This document shows, piece by piece, positions 39,811 to 47,379 of a stretch of 54,699 nt of DNA. The DNA is taken from the IMG/VR virus record IMGVR_UViG_3300009124_000016, positions 1 to 54,699 of that record. One strand, 5' to 3'. Origin of the DNA: a virus. Lineage: Duplodnaviria; Caudoviricetes. The notes beneath the pieces are model-generated. The model was given only the letters and a program-made list of their open reading frames with translations. It was not told where the DNA came from and did not search any database. The translations under genes and the position numbers were made by a program. Position 1 is the stretch's first letter; the number at the start of each line of letters is the position of its first letter.

Positions 39811-40009
39811 TTTTTTTCTCCTTATTAAATCCGAAGGGCGCAAGTTTTTCATCGACCCTATTCTTCATAGCAACACCAGCAAGTGCTTCCATTACTTTAA
39901 GAACTTGTTCTGGTTTGGTATCTTCAGGCAACTTCGATGAAACAAATTCATACTTGGGGAAGAACTCTTCCCCCGCCTTTTCATATTCTTCTAGTGTAAT
40001 TGTTTTCAT
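39788..40009 (-). CDS. Hypothetical protein
   Basis: ATGA coupling to thyX. KVME.L..V.MK.R...PFGF motif. Confidence 0.65.
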   Translation of the reverse strand: MKTITLEEYEKAGEEFFPKYEFVSSKLPEDTKPEQVLKVMEALAGVAMKNRVDEKLAPFGFNKEKKNADVSSN

Positions 40010-40656
40010 GACCATTCAAGTGCCTCGGCACAAATAGGGAACTGTTCCACAAAGATATCACGACAAGCATGTGCAATATCCATGTGTTCTTTTTGAGTGC
40101 CGTGAGCACTCCGTAGATCTATATAGTGAATCCATGACCGAACTGATCCTGTCATGTAGATTTTTGTGGGCGTCGCGAGGGGGAGTACAAAACGCGAACA
40201 CTCCTTTGCGATTCCCATTTCAAGCATGTGCTTGTAGATGTCCATAGCACTCTGGAAGTGTCGCTTGATAGTAATCTCAAGTTCTTGTCGAACAAAAGGA
40301 TCAACATCATCAATAGAGTTCTGACGGTTCTTTGTATCCTGACGACGAAGATCAAACAAAGGGATCTCATCTGCCAACATAGAACTGTCAGCATACCGCT
40401 GGGAAAACTCTTGAAATGTGAACGAACGGTGACGCAAAATTTGAGCTGCGATACCTCTGGTAGTGTTGATCTCAAGCGTCATGTGCGCCTGCTCAAAGAC
40501 GCTCCAGTGGTTGTGTTTGATGCAATACTTAAGGAGACCAGCAACCTTAGGATTATCTTGATTAGAGGGGTTGCTTACCCTCGCTACGTACCCCATCATC
40601 TTCTCCGCTTCTGGGGTTACTGTAATCAGATTCACTAATTGTTGATTGATGCTCAT
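40006..40656 (-). CDS. thyX: FAD-dependent thymidylate synthase ThyX
   Basis: ARVSNP, HWSVFE, QILRHRSF.FQEFSQRY, TQKEH. Confidence 0.97.
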   Translation of the reverse strand: MSINQQLVNLITVTPEAEKMMGYVARVSNPSNQDNPKVAGLLKYCIKHNHWSVFEQAHMTLEINTTRGIAAQILRHRSFTFQEFSQRYADSSMLADEIPLFDLRRQDTKNRQNSIDDVDPFVRQELEITIKRHFQSAMDIYKHMLEMGIAKECSRFVLPLATPTKIYMTGSVRSWIHYIDLRSAHGTQKEHMDIAHACRDIFVEQFPICAEALEWS

Positions 40657-40816
40657 ATCCGAAACCATAGAGTGCTTTTTCGTTGTTTGTTTGAATGCGA
40701 CGCAGCTTCATCAATTCACGATACTGCTGCTGTAGTTTAGCATACTCTTCGTTGCTATACAAATGTCCTTTTGCAAGGGCTTTCTTGATGTTCTTTGTGA
40801 GTGTTTTAAGTCCCAT
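40562..40816 (-). CDS. Hypothetical protein
   Basis: Basic helical small ORF (IKKAL...LYS.EE...GFG). Its 3' end overlaps thyX by 95 nt. Confidence 0.55.
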   Translation of the reverse strand: MGLKTLTKNIKKALAKGHLYSNEEYAKLQQQYRELMKLRRIQTNNEKALYGFGYEHQSTISESDYSNPRSGEDDGVRSEGKQPL

Positions 40817-40818
40817 AA

Positions 40819-40986
40819 TCAGTCCGTGTAACCGTCATCGTCATCTTGTGAATCGTATCTGGCATATGCAGCAGACACATCTTTACCTTCTGTATATGAT
40901 CGTGGATCTGAATAGATTTCAGATTTCAAACTAGCAACTAGTAGTTCTAGATTTCTCACAATCATCTTTAATCGTGTTTTTTCCAT
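40819..40986 (-). CDS. Conserved small cyanophage protein (55 aa, not in the ORF track)
   Basis: MEKTRLKMIVRNLELLVASLKSEIYSDPRSY...DDDDGYTD*. Confidence 0.7.
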   Translation of the reverse strand: MEKTRLKMIVRNLELLVASLKSEIYSDPRSYTEGKDVSAAYARYDSQDDDDGYTD

Positions 40987-41007
40987 GTCTACATGTAATA
41001 CATGTTC

Positions 41008-41047
41008 AATTATAGCATAAAAAAAGAGGGGTTACAAGCCCCTCTTT
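41008..41047 (-). terminator. Terminator hairpin overlapping a sigma70 promoter
   Basis: AAGAGGGG-CTTGTAA-CCCCTCTT plus U-tract. The same bases read TTGTAA-N17-TATAAT. Confidence 0.7.
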
Positions 41048-41101
41048 ATTGAATATGCAGGCGATGAATACTTATCATCTAACCAATCTCGCAAGTGAAT
41101 A

Positions 41102-41269
41102 TCACTTGCTGTAAGTGCGACCACGATAGCAGAAGGTGCCATGTGGTTCGGTCATCTCAACACAACATGTATCATACGCAACGCCACGATATGCAGCGTG
41201 AGTAATCTGAGCGTCATGAAGTGCAGCAGCTTTCTTGATCTGCTTTTTGATGAGGTTTAAAGTGTTCAT
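41102..41269 (-). CDS. DUF4278-like small protein
   Basis: Two YRG motifs (AYRGVAY, CYRGRTY), AGGAG SD, downstream of glutamine-riboswitch-like RNA. Confidence 0.75.
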   Translation of the reverse strand: MNTLNLIKKQIKKAAALHDAQITHAAYRGVAYDTCCVEMTEPHGTFCYRGRTYSK

Positions 41270-41302
41270 TGTAGGTCTCCTAAAGGATGGGTTTTTTAGT
41301 CC

Positions 41303-41540
41303 CCGTTCCTTCAGTCGTTTGCGTCCCATGGATAACACTCAGGGGTAGATTCCTTTACGGTCTCTATCAACTCTACCTTAAAAGCATCTGAGATGTTCTC
41401 GTTTGCTCTCATCCTCAGGATAATTCCCTCGGTTTGTTGGCAGGTGAGTGTTGTATAGAATAATAGTTCTAGCATGAGATGAACGGCTCCGTTCCGCGAC
41501 TTACTTGCGTCCACGGGATGTGAAGTCCCTTGGATGAACG
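41303..41540 (-). ncRNA. Tandem glutamine riboswitch-like element (glnA/Downstream-peptide class)
   Basis: Unit 1: CGTTCATCC..GGACGCAAGTAAGTCGCGGAACG (41540-41490). Unit 2: CCGTTCATCTCATG...CATGGGACGCAAACGACTGAAGGAACGG (41486-41303). AGTCG/CGACT are complementary. Confidence 0.75.
41311..41475 (-). CDS. 54-aa hypothetical protein nested in the riboswitch P2 loop
   Basis: MLELLFYTTLTCQQTEGIILRMRANENISDAFKVELIETVKESTPECYPWDAND*. GGAG 11 nt upstream. Confidence 0.65.
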   Translation of the reverse strand: MLELLFYTTLTCQQTEGIILRMRANENISDAFKVELIETVKESTPECYPWDAND

Positions 41541-41547
41541 TATGGTA

Positions 41548-41576
41548 ATTATACCATATTATATATGCTCTGGCAA
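41548..41576 (-). promoter_or_regulatory. Sigma70-type promoter for the riboswitch/DUF4278 unit
   Basis: TTGCCA-N17-TATAAT, with the -10 ending 7 nt before aptamer 1. Confidence 0.75.
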
Positions 41577-41577
41577 C

Positions 41578-41593
41578 TGTATCGGTTGATACA
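41578..41593. promoter_or_regulatory. Putative NtcA-binding site
   Basis: TGTA-TCGGTTGA-TACA matches GTA-N8-TAC and abuts the -35 box. Confidence 0.65.
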
Positions 41594-41595
41594 AT

Positions 41596-41847
41596 TTAAC
41601 TGAGATAGAACTCGTCGCCGTTTCCTTGATTGCAATACCTAATCTTTACATCAAATCCACCAAAGGAAAGAATTAGTTTTGCTGTAGGCATTGCTTCTCG
41701 CAATGAATTAAACATCATTACTTCAGAAAACTTCGACGCAGAAATTAAAATGTTGTTCTTGTTAATTCTACGCAGGACTTTAGGAGGAGTTTTGTACTCC
41801 TTAACGTCCCAGTATTCTATACACAGTCTATTAGTTACCTTTGGCAT
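41596..41847 (-). CDS. Hypothetical protein
   Basis: 83-aa ORF, TAATG-coupled to CP12. Confidence 0.6.
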   Translation of the reverse strand: MPKVTNRLCIEYWDVKEYKTPPKVLRRINKNNILISASKFSEVMMFNSLREAMPTAKLILSFGGFDVKIRYCNQGNGDEFYLS

Positions 41848-42074
41848 TAGTTGTCATGCAATTTACACTCTGGTGCGCCTGGTTCTTGATCGCAGTAGAG
41901 TTCAAGCGGTGTGGGATCGTGATGATCTCCTGCTTCGATTTCTTTTTTGTGATGCTCTACCCAATCTTCAAGGTCATGCAATTCGCCTTCAATGTGACGA
42001 CGTTGCTGTGGAGAAGTCGTAGGATTAGAAAGAATTTCCTTATCCTTCTTGATATGCTGTTCGATGCTATCCAT
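41847..42074 (-). CDS. cp12: CP12 Calvin-cycle inhibitor (phage type)
   Basis: C-terminal DPTPLELYCDQEPGAPECKLHD; phage-type N-terminus SIEQHI.KD..IL.NP. Confidence 0.93.
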   Translation of the reverse strand: MDSIEQHIKKDKEILSNPTTSPQQRRHIEGELHDLEDWVEHHKKEIEAGDHHDPTPLELYCDQEPGAPECKLHDN

Positions 42075-42328
42075 TACTTTTTGCTGTTAGGTGGGTTCCA
42101 AACTTTAGGATTTTGTCTTCCTTCTGTCTGGGTGAATTGAATTAAATCTTGTCTATATTTATCCCAATACTCATCAAAGATGTCCACCCGTTTACCTGCC
42201 ATAACAATGTCAAACTTAGTGGTCTCACCTTCAATGTACTCAACCAAAAAAGCGGTACAGGGAAGTGATCTATCCTGTGCTAGAGAGGGATCACAGTCCT
42301 TGTGGATCATTCGTACACCTTTCCCCAT
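42074..42328 (-). CDS. Conserved cyanophage hypothetical protein
   Basis: IHKDCDPS.A.DRSLP..A.LVEY...IFD.YWD.Y...GR.NPK.W. TGATG coupling. Confidence 0.7.
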   Translation of the reverse strand: MGKGVRMIHKDCDPSLAQDRSLPCTAFLVEYIEGETTKFDIVMAGKRVDIFDEYWDKYRQDLIQFTQTEGRQNPKVWNPPNSKK

Positions 42329-42762
42329 CAAGAACGTCCTCCCCATTTGATTTGGGGGAACGCTTCCTCTACGGTTGCTCTAGTGATGCGGTACGTTTTA
42401 TTGAGTGCTTTATCTTTTACCAAGATTAGAATTCTTGCTTCCTGCTCACACAATCCTTCCAACATTTGAATGAAAAGATTTTCTCTCTGTGATTGCTTGA
42501 GTGAACTAGATCCTCCTTTAAAAAACAAGTATAGTTTGCGATACTCTTTCTCCAAGATAGTATGTTCAGTTCCCTCGGGGGCATCGTTTGCTTCAAAAGG
42601 AACATCTCCTTCTGGAAGCAAAGAGATGACACTCTCATCAAAGTTTGCAATCAAAATAGACCTGAGAGCAGGAGTGTTATGCTCATGCAGAAGTTTAACC
42701 TTCTGTGCTTTAGTCTTCGCATTGCTCACTTTCTGGAGCACTTCAGAAATTAGTAGTTTCAT
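42328..42762 (-). CDS. Conserved T4-like phage hypothetical protein
   Basis: LLISEVL.KV, LP.G.VPF, RE.LFIQMLEGL...EA motifs. Follows rnh. Confidence 0.75.
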   Translation of the reverse strand: MKLLISEVLQKVSNAKTKAQKVKLLHEHNTPALRSILIANFDESVISLLPEGDVPFEANDAPEGTEHTILEKEYRKLYLFFKGGSSSLKQSQRENLFIQMLEGLCEQEARILILVKDKALNKTYRITRATVEEAFPQIKWGGRS

Positions 42763-43622
42763 TTTTTAAATGGTGTTGTACGACGGAAAAAATATTCTTG
42801 CATCAAATCGTTCAATTCGTGCTCTTGGAAATATTCCAAAGGAACAGTCTTTTCACTTATATTTAGAGAGTTAAATTGTTGCATAATTTCATGCTCAATC
42901 TCCTCTGGTACATAGTCAAAATCAATAAGAGTTCTGTTCCTGCAATAGTTTCTGTACTGGTCGTCAGTCTCACAGAAAGTAGTTGGATCTTGTTCCACCC
43001 ACTTAACTAGTTTTTTCTGACTGATAGGTTTTTGCCTAATACCTTGAACAAAACTATCGTCCGCTGAAAGAAAGTTAGGAATACCATCAGACTTATCACC
43101 CTTGATCACATGCTCGCGAATATAAATGTGTGGATTGTCTGTGGTAACCTTCTTCTTTGTAATAGGATTATACTGGTATACACCAGGATACTTCTGTAAC
43201 TGAATAAAATCTTTATCTCCTGAGAGGATCAAGATCTTATCCTTCGGACTTTTGTTTTTACAGAGAGTGGATACTACGTCATCTGCCTCTGCTCCCTCAA
43301 CCTCAACAACTTTATAAGGGAAGAAGGTTTTGATCTCGTCTCGGATCTTGTTTAAGACTTCAAAGATTGAAGACCAATCGTGACCAGATCTTTCTCGATC
43401 TTTTTTCCTATTTTGTTTATAGAAAGGGAAAAAAGTTCGTCTCCAGTATTTTTTAGAATCATATGCTAGTACAACTTCACCATACTCTGGAGCGTATTGT
43501 CTTTCATAAAAACGAAGACTGGTGAGAACCATATGCCTCACCAGTTTTTCATTCAAGAAATCATGTTTCAATTGCGACATCAAGTTACTAATCATAACTT
43601 GGTTCATGTCAATAATAATCAT
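42759..43622 (-). CDS. rnh: T4-type RNase H (5'-3' exonuclease)
   Basis: IIDMNQ, YWRR..FP.YK.NRK, EADD, ILSGDKDFIQLQ, GDKSDGIPN. Confidence 0.95.
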   Translation of the reverse strand: MIIIDMNQVMISNLMSQLKHDFLNEKLVRHMVLTSLRFYERQYAPEYGEVVLAYDSKKYWRRTFFPFYKQNRKKDRERSGHDWSSIFEVLNKIRDEIKTFFPYKVVEVEGAEADDVVSTLCKNKSPKDKILILSGDKDFIQLQKYPGVYQYNPITKKKVTTDNPHIYIREHVIKGDKSDGIPNFLSADDSFVQGIRQKPISQKKLVKWVEQDPTTFCETDDQYRNYCRNRTLIDFDYVPEEIEHEIMQQFNSLNISEKTVPLEYFQEHELNDLMQEYFFRRTTPFKK

Positions 43623-43836
43623 CTTCGTCCTCTTCATCTTTGACAAATTTCACTGATAATAGTTCCTCATTAATCCAAATCCCATCCTCATCGTACATCT
43701 CTGGATGTCCTTGAACTTCGTCGTTCCTATTCATTGCATAAACAATATCGTTGATATGCCATCCAGCGATAATACCAACGATGATAGCAAGGAAACTGAT
43801 GCAGCCTGAAAAAAATAAAATAACTGAGGTTGGCAT
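43609..43836 (-). CDS. Small membrane protein
   Basis: N-terminal TM helix, then HPEMYDEDG...EELL motif. Confidence 0.7.
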   Translation of the reverse strand: MPTSVILFFSGCISFLAIIVGIIAGWHINDIVYAMNRNDEVQGHPEMYDEDGIWINEELLSVKFVKDEEDEDDYY

Positions 43837-43862
43837 GGTACTGTGCTCCTAGATTAGTAAAA

Positions 43863-44021
43863 CTACTCCCAGGTGAACTCAACTTTCAATGAAAATCTTT
43901 TACCCAGGAGACTGAATATCTTATGTTCTGTGAACCCCCTTGTTTCGGGTTCTCCTTTTTCCCTCCTGAGCATTAGCTCTACACCTTTATTTATTTTAAG
44001 ATCATCACCTTTTGTATTCAT
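43863..44021 (-). CDS. Small hypothetical protein (52 aa, not in the ORF track)
   Basis: MNTKGDDLKINKGVELMLRR...LKVEFTWE* fills the gap exactly. Confidence 0.6.
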   Translation of the reverse strand: MNTKGDDLKINKGVELMLRREKGEPETRGFTEHKIFSLLGKRFSLKVEFTWE

Positions 44022-44028
44022 TTTATAA

Positions 44029-44286
44029 TTAATTTCTTTTCTTTGTTGAACTTACCAAACCCTTTTCAACAAAGAGTTTTACAGCATCAACCAATCCACC
44101 AATAGGTTCACCGTCAATGATGGTGTAAGGATAAGAAGTTGCTTCTGGATACTTTTCTTTAAAAGCATGATCGTCGATATCCTTACCGACGACAATTTGC
44201 TGGTAAGGAACGTCAGCACGTACCATAAGTTCTTTCATCTTACGGCAGTGAGAACAACCAGGAATAGAGTAAATTACGATGTCCAT
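44029..44286 (-). CDS. Glutaredoxin
   Basis: IYSIPGCSHC, YP..IIDG.PIGG. TAATG coupling. Confidence 0.9.
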   Translation of the reverse strand: MDIVIYSIPGCSHCRKMKELMVRADVPYQQIVVGKDIDDHAFKEKYPEATSYPYTIIDGEPIGGLVDAVKLFVEKGLVSSTKKRN

Positions 44287-44903
44287 TAGATAATGTTTAA
44301 ACGAATAGAAGATAACCAATCGGGAGATCCAATCATACCATGTGGCCATGAATTAAACGACAAAGAATATCGATCCTTGCCTTTATTACCAGGAACCATA
44401 TGATCTAGCATGGAAGGAAAAATAAGTAATTCTCCTTTTTGTGGTAAATGTCGATGAACCAGTGTCATGGTGTCGTAGTCTTCGTAACTTAGTTTTACTA
44501 AACCACCAGTCATGTAATCAAAATTCCATATATTACAAACACCAAACTCGATGGGAGCAACACTTTCCATTGGATAGTAAACACCACTCATCAAAGAGTT
44601 TGGATGCATATGCATATGATGCCATTGATCATAACAGGATAGATTACCCCATGACTGAGTAACTCTTATACTTTCACAAGCATAATTAAGTTCATCTTTT
44701 ACCAGAGTTAGGCACTCTGTAAACCACTCATGTATTGTAGCATATTTGTTCTGTCGATGCAAGCTTTCAGTTCTGGGAGTTTGTAAGTTAGATGCTGTGG
44801 GTGTCCACTGTTCTTTCTTTAAATTAGCAAGAACCTCATCTGCTTCTTCATCAGAACTTTTAAATTTAAAAATTGTCTGAGGACAGATGCTAATTTTTTC
44901 CAT
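44286..44903 (-). CDS. Putative 2OG-Fe(II) oxygenase (TIGR02466-like)
   Basis: SWGN, H..H.HPNS..SGVYY, G.LLIFPS.L.H.V, R.SLSFN. Confidence 0.85.
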   Translation of the reverse strand: MEKISICPQTIFKFKSSDEEADEVLANLKKEQWTPTASNLQTPRTESLHRQNKYATIHEWFTECLTLVKDELNYACESIRVTQSWGNLSCYDQWHHMHMHPNSLMSGVYYPMESVAPIEFGVCNIWNFDYMTGGLVKLSYEDYDTMTLVHRHLPQKGELLIFPSMLDHMVPGNKGKDRYSLSFNSWPHGMIGSPDWLSSIRLNII

Positions 44904-44928
44904 AAAAAAAGAGGGTCCGAAGACCCCC
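44904..44928 (-). terminator. Terminator after psbD
   Basis: GGGGGTC-TTCG-GACCCTC followed by T7. Confidence 0.85.
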
Positions 44929-44934
44929 AGTATA

Positions 44935-45990
44935 TCACAGGGCGTTGCCTCTTGGCAATACTTCCTCTGGAAATACAAATTGTTCATGTGGTTGGTCAAC
45001 AGTTGCCATCCATGCTCTCAATCCTTCATTCAAAAGCTGATTCTTTGTGTAGAACGTCTCAAATTCAACGTCTTCTGCTGCTCTTATCTCCTGACTGACA
45101 AAATCGTAAGCACGGAGATTGAGGGCAAGACCAATAATGCCAATGGATGAAGTCCAGAGACCCATAACAGGAACAAACAACATAAAGAAATGAAGCCACC
45201 TTTTGTTGCTAAACGCGATCCCGAAAATCTGCGACCAATAACGGTTCGCTGTAACCATCGAGTAAGTCTCTTCTTCTTGGGTGCTGTCAAAAGCTTTGAA
45301 AGTATTTGCTTGCTCACCATCTTCATACAAAGTATTCTCTACTGTAACACCATGGATGGCAGAAAGCAATGCACCACCCAGGATACCTGCCACTCCCATC
45401 ATGTGGAAGGGGTTGAGTGTCCAGTTGTGAAATCCTTGTAGAAAAAGAAGGAATCTGAAGATTGCCGACACGCCAAAGGACGGCGCAAAGAACCAACTGG
45501 ACTGTCCGAGAGGGTAGATGAGAAATACACTAGTAAATACGGCAATAGGACCCGAAAAAGCAATCGCATTGTATGGTCTAATCCCTACGAGACGACTAAT
45601 TTCAAACTGCCTGAGCATGAAACCTATGAGAGCAAAGGCACCGTGGAGCGCCACAAAATTCCAGAGTCCCCCAAGTTGGAACCACCTGACAAGGCTCCCC
45701 TGAGACTCAGGACCCCAAAGTAGAAGAAGAGAATGACCCATAGCGTCAGCAGGAGTTGACACAGCTGCCGTGAGGAAATTAGCACCCTCAAGATAACTAG
45801 ACGCCAGTCCGTGGGTATACCAGCTCGTAACAAACGTTGTGCCAGTAAGCCAGCCACCAATTGCCATATAAGCAGTGGGAAAAAGAAGTAGTCCAGACCA
45901 GCCCACAAATACAAAGCGGTCGCGTTTAAGCCAGTCGTCGAGTACATCAAACCACCCCCTTCTTTGTTGTTGTAGTGTAGTTGTTGTCAT
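44935..45990 (-). CDS. psbD: Photosystem II D2 protein
   Basis: [18 protein letters not shown]...[12 protein letters not shown]. Confidence 0.99.
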   Translation of the reverse strand: MTTTTLQQQRRGWFDVLDDWLKRDRFVFVGWSGLLLFPTAYMAIGGWLTGTTFVTSWYTHGLASSYLEGANFLTAAVSTPADAMGHSLLLLWGPESQGSLVRWFQLGGLWNFVALHGAFALIGFMLRQFEISRLVGIRPYNAIAFSGPIAVFTSVFLIYPLGQSSWFFAPSFGVSAIFRFLLFLQGFHNWTLNPFHMMGVAGILGGALLSAIHGVTVENTLYEDGEQANTFKAFDSTQEEETYSMVTANRYWSQIFGIAFSNKRWLHFFMLFVPVMGLWTSSIGIIGLALNLRAYDFVSQEIRAAEDVEFETFYTKNQLLNEGLRAWMATVDQPHEQFVFPEEVLPRGNAL

Positions 45991-46087
45991 GTTTTTTATC
46001 CTTTTTAAAATCTTTTAACCAGTAAAGTTGAGGCCACGTATCCATAATAATTTCTCTCAACTTCGGTGGAGTATCGTCGTTAATCAT
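45947..46087 (-). CDS. Small hypothetical protein
   Basis: [22 protein letters not shown]..., a small-ORF type I associate with the psbA-psbD interval of cyanophages. Confidence 0.5.
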   Translation of the reverse strand: MINDDTPPKLREIIMDTWPQLYWLKDFKKDKKHDNNYTTTTKKGVV

Positions 46088-46088
46088 G

Positions 46089-46142
46089 CGACTTTTTTGG
46101 TAAAAAAATTGGCGGGAAATTTTTTCCCCACCAATGAAATCA
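46089..46142. repeat. Dispersed intergenic A/T-tract element, copy B
   Basis: CGACTTTTTT..GGCGGGAAATTTTTTCCC..ATGAAAT, similar to 36290-36344. Confidence 0.55.
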
Positions 46143-46157
46143 GTTACTGATTTTGGA

Positions 46158-46233
46158 TCAACCGATTGCAGGTGCGGTGAGAGCAACAGGAGTTGACTCT
46201 GCTGCTGCCAGGTCGAGGGGGAAGTTGTGTGCA
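46158..46233 (-). pseudogene. psbA: Orphan duplicate of the psbA 3' end (24 codons + stop)
   Basis: Encodes [24 protein letters not shown]. 58/75 nt and 23/24 aa identical to 47380-47454. Confidence 0.95.
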
Positions 46234-46650
46234 TCAGTAAGACAAATAACGAACCTCATCAACATATCCCGACTCAATAGCAGTTTTAATCATTTCATCG
46301 GAAGAATTACCTTCCTTTGGTTTTGCGGAAAAGTAAATAACATATTTTGCATCTGGATACTTTGCTTTTAGGAGAGCACCATTACAAATTGCTTTCTTTA
46401 CGTTATCTGTGCGTTGAGCTCCTGGGCGTTTTTTTCCACCAGACTTACCACCTTTGTCTTCACCATATTCTTTGACTCCATCTTTTTCTGCGATATAATC
46501 AACGTTGATTCCAATGCCAGGAATCTTTACGTTTGTTTCAAGAATAGTATATCCCTTACTAATCAAATCTTCATTAACAATACGCTCAAATTCATCACCA
46601 GACGCTGTGCTTTCAGCTTGAAAGTTTTTGGAGACAGACGACGTTTTCAT
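46234..46650 (-). CDS. PD-(D/E)xK endonuclease (restriction/Mrr-like)
   Basis: G.EFE..V...L...[24 protein letters not shown]. 138 aa, overlaps the MTase stop. Confidence 0.7.
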   Translation of the reverse strand: MKTSSVSKNFQAESTASGDEFERIVNEDLISKGYTILETNVKIPGIGINVDYIAEKDGVKEYGEDKGGKSGGKKRPGAQRTDNVKKAICNGALLKAKYPDAKYVIYFSAKPKEGNSSDEMIKTAIESGYVDEVRYLSY

Positions 46651-47263
46651 AATCAATTCTTTGTTGAGAGTTTGATCCAAATCGCATTCCTCTTGATGGA
46701 ACACGAATAGATTCTACCACACTCATCCCATATTCGTCAAGAGTTTTGATGTGCCACTGGGTCACTTCCATAACTGTCCCAGAAGAAATAAAATCTTTAC
46801 AGTTCAAAATAAAAACACCATTATCCTTCAAGGCATCAACACACACTTTCCAAATTTTAGTATGTAAGTCTTCATACTTTTTATTTTTTTTACCATAATG
46901 TAAATTAGACGTTGTTCCTTCTGATAATTTTCTACCCAATTTGTGGCGATAGGTTATTCTTTTAGATTTATCAGATGCTTCAAAATCATCAGCCATACGA
47001 TTTCCATATGTTGGACTGGTTAAAACAGCATCAAATTTTTCAAGAGTAGGGACAACGATTAAAGAATCACCACAGATTGTTTTCTCATACTGATCAGCCC
47101 ATTCTTTTTCTATTTCAACGCCAACTACATCATACTCTGGTAGTAGTTTTGCGGTTGTTCCTAAACCCGCAAAAGGATCTAACACTCTACACCCCTCAAA
47201 GGGGAGAAATGTTTTACAAGATTCTAAAATATGAGGTCCCATTACAGCAGGATGTTTTGACAT
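46613..47263 (-). CDS. DNA amino-methyltransferase (N4-C/N6-A type)
   Basis: HPA, VLDPFAGLGTT (SAM motif I), GVEIE, GDS, LTSPTY (SPPY-like motif IV), LK..G. Confidence 0.85.
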   Translation of the reverse strand: MSKHPAVMGPHILESCKTFLPFEGCRVLDPFAGLGTTAKLLPEYDVVGVEIEKEWADQYEKTICGDSLIVVPTLEKFDAVLTSPTYGNRMADDFEASDKSKRITYRHKLGRKLSEGTTSNLHYGKKNKKYEDLHTKIWKVCVDALKDNGVFILNCKDFISSGTVMEVTQWHIKTLDEYGMSVVESIRVPSRGMRFGSNSQQRIDYENVVCLQKLSS

Positions 47264-47333
47264 ATCAATTTACCTTCATTTGTAGGTATTCTATCATAGA
47301 TTGAAGAATTTGGGTGTTGTCTCCTACTTCCCC

Positions 47334-47358
47334 AAGAAAGGATCCCGAAGGATCCTTT
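47334..47358 (-). terminator. Hairpin/terminator after psbA
   Basis: AAAGGATCC-TTCG-GGATCCTTT followed by CTT. Confidence 0.7.
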
Positions 47359-47379
47359 GCACGACAATGATTGATTATA

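Larger units (their letters stand above)
46234..47379 (-). mobile_element. MTase-nuclease cassette inserted at the psbA 3' end
   Basis: AT-rich two-gene block flanked by two versions of the psbA 3' end. Confidence 0.6.

Noticed and set aside
39563-39860. Pho box upstream of phoH
   Set aside because: phoH is internal to a tightly packed operon and I saw no convincing PhoB-type direct repeat.
46088-46234. N-terminal extension of the 95-aa ORF 45947..46234
   Set aside because: It is a shifted reading of the orphan psbA tail plus the A/T-tract element. The plausible gene starts at 46087.
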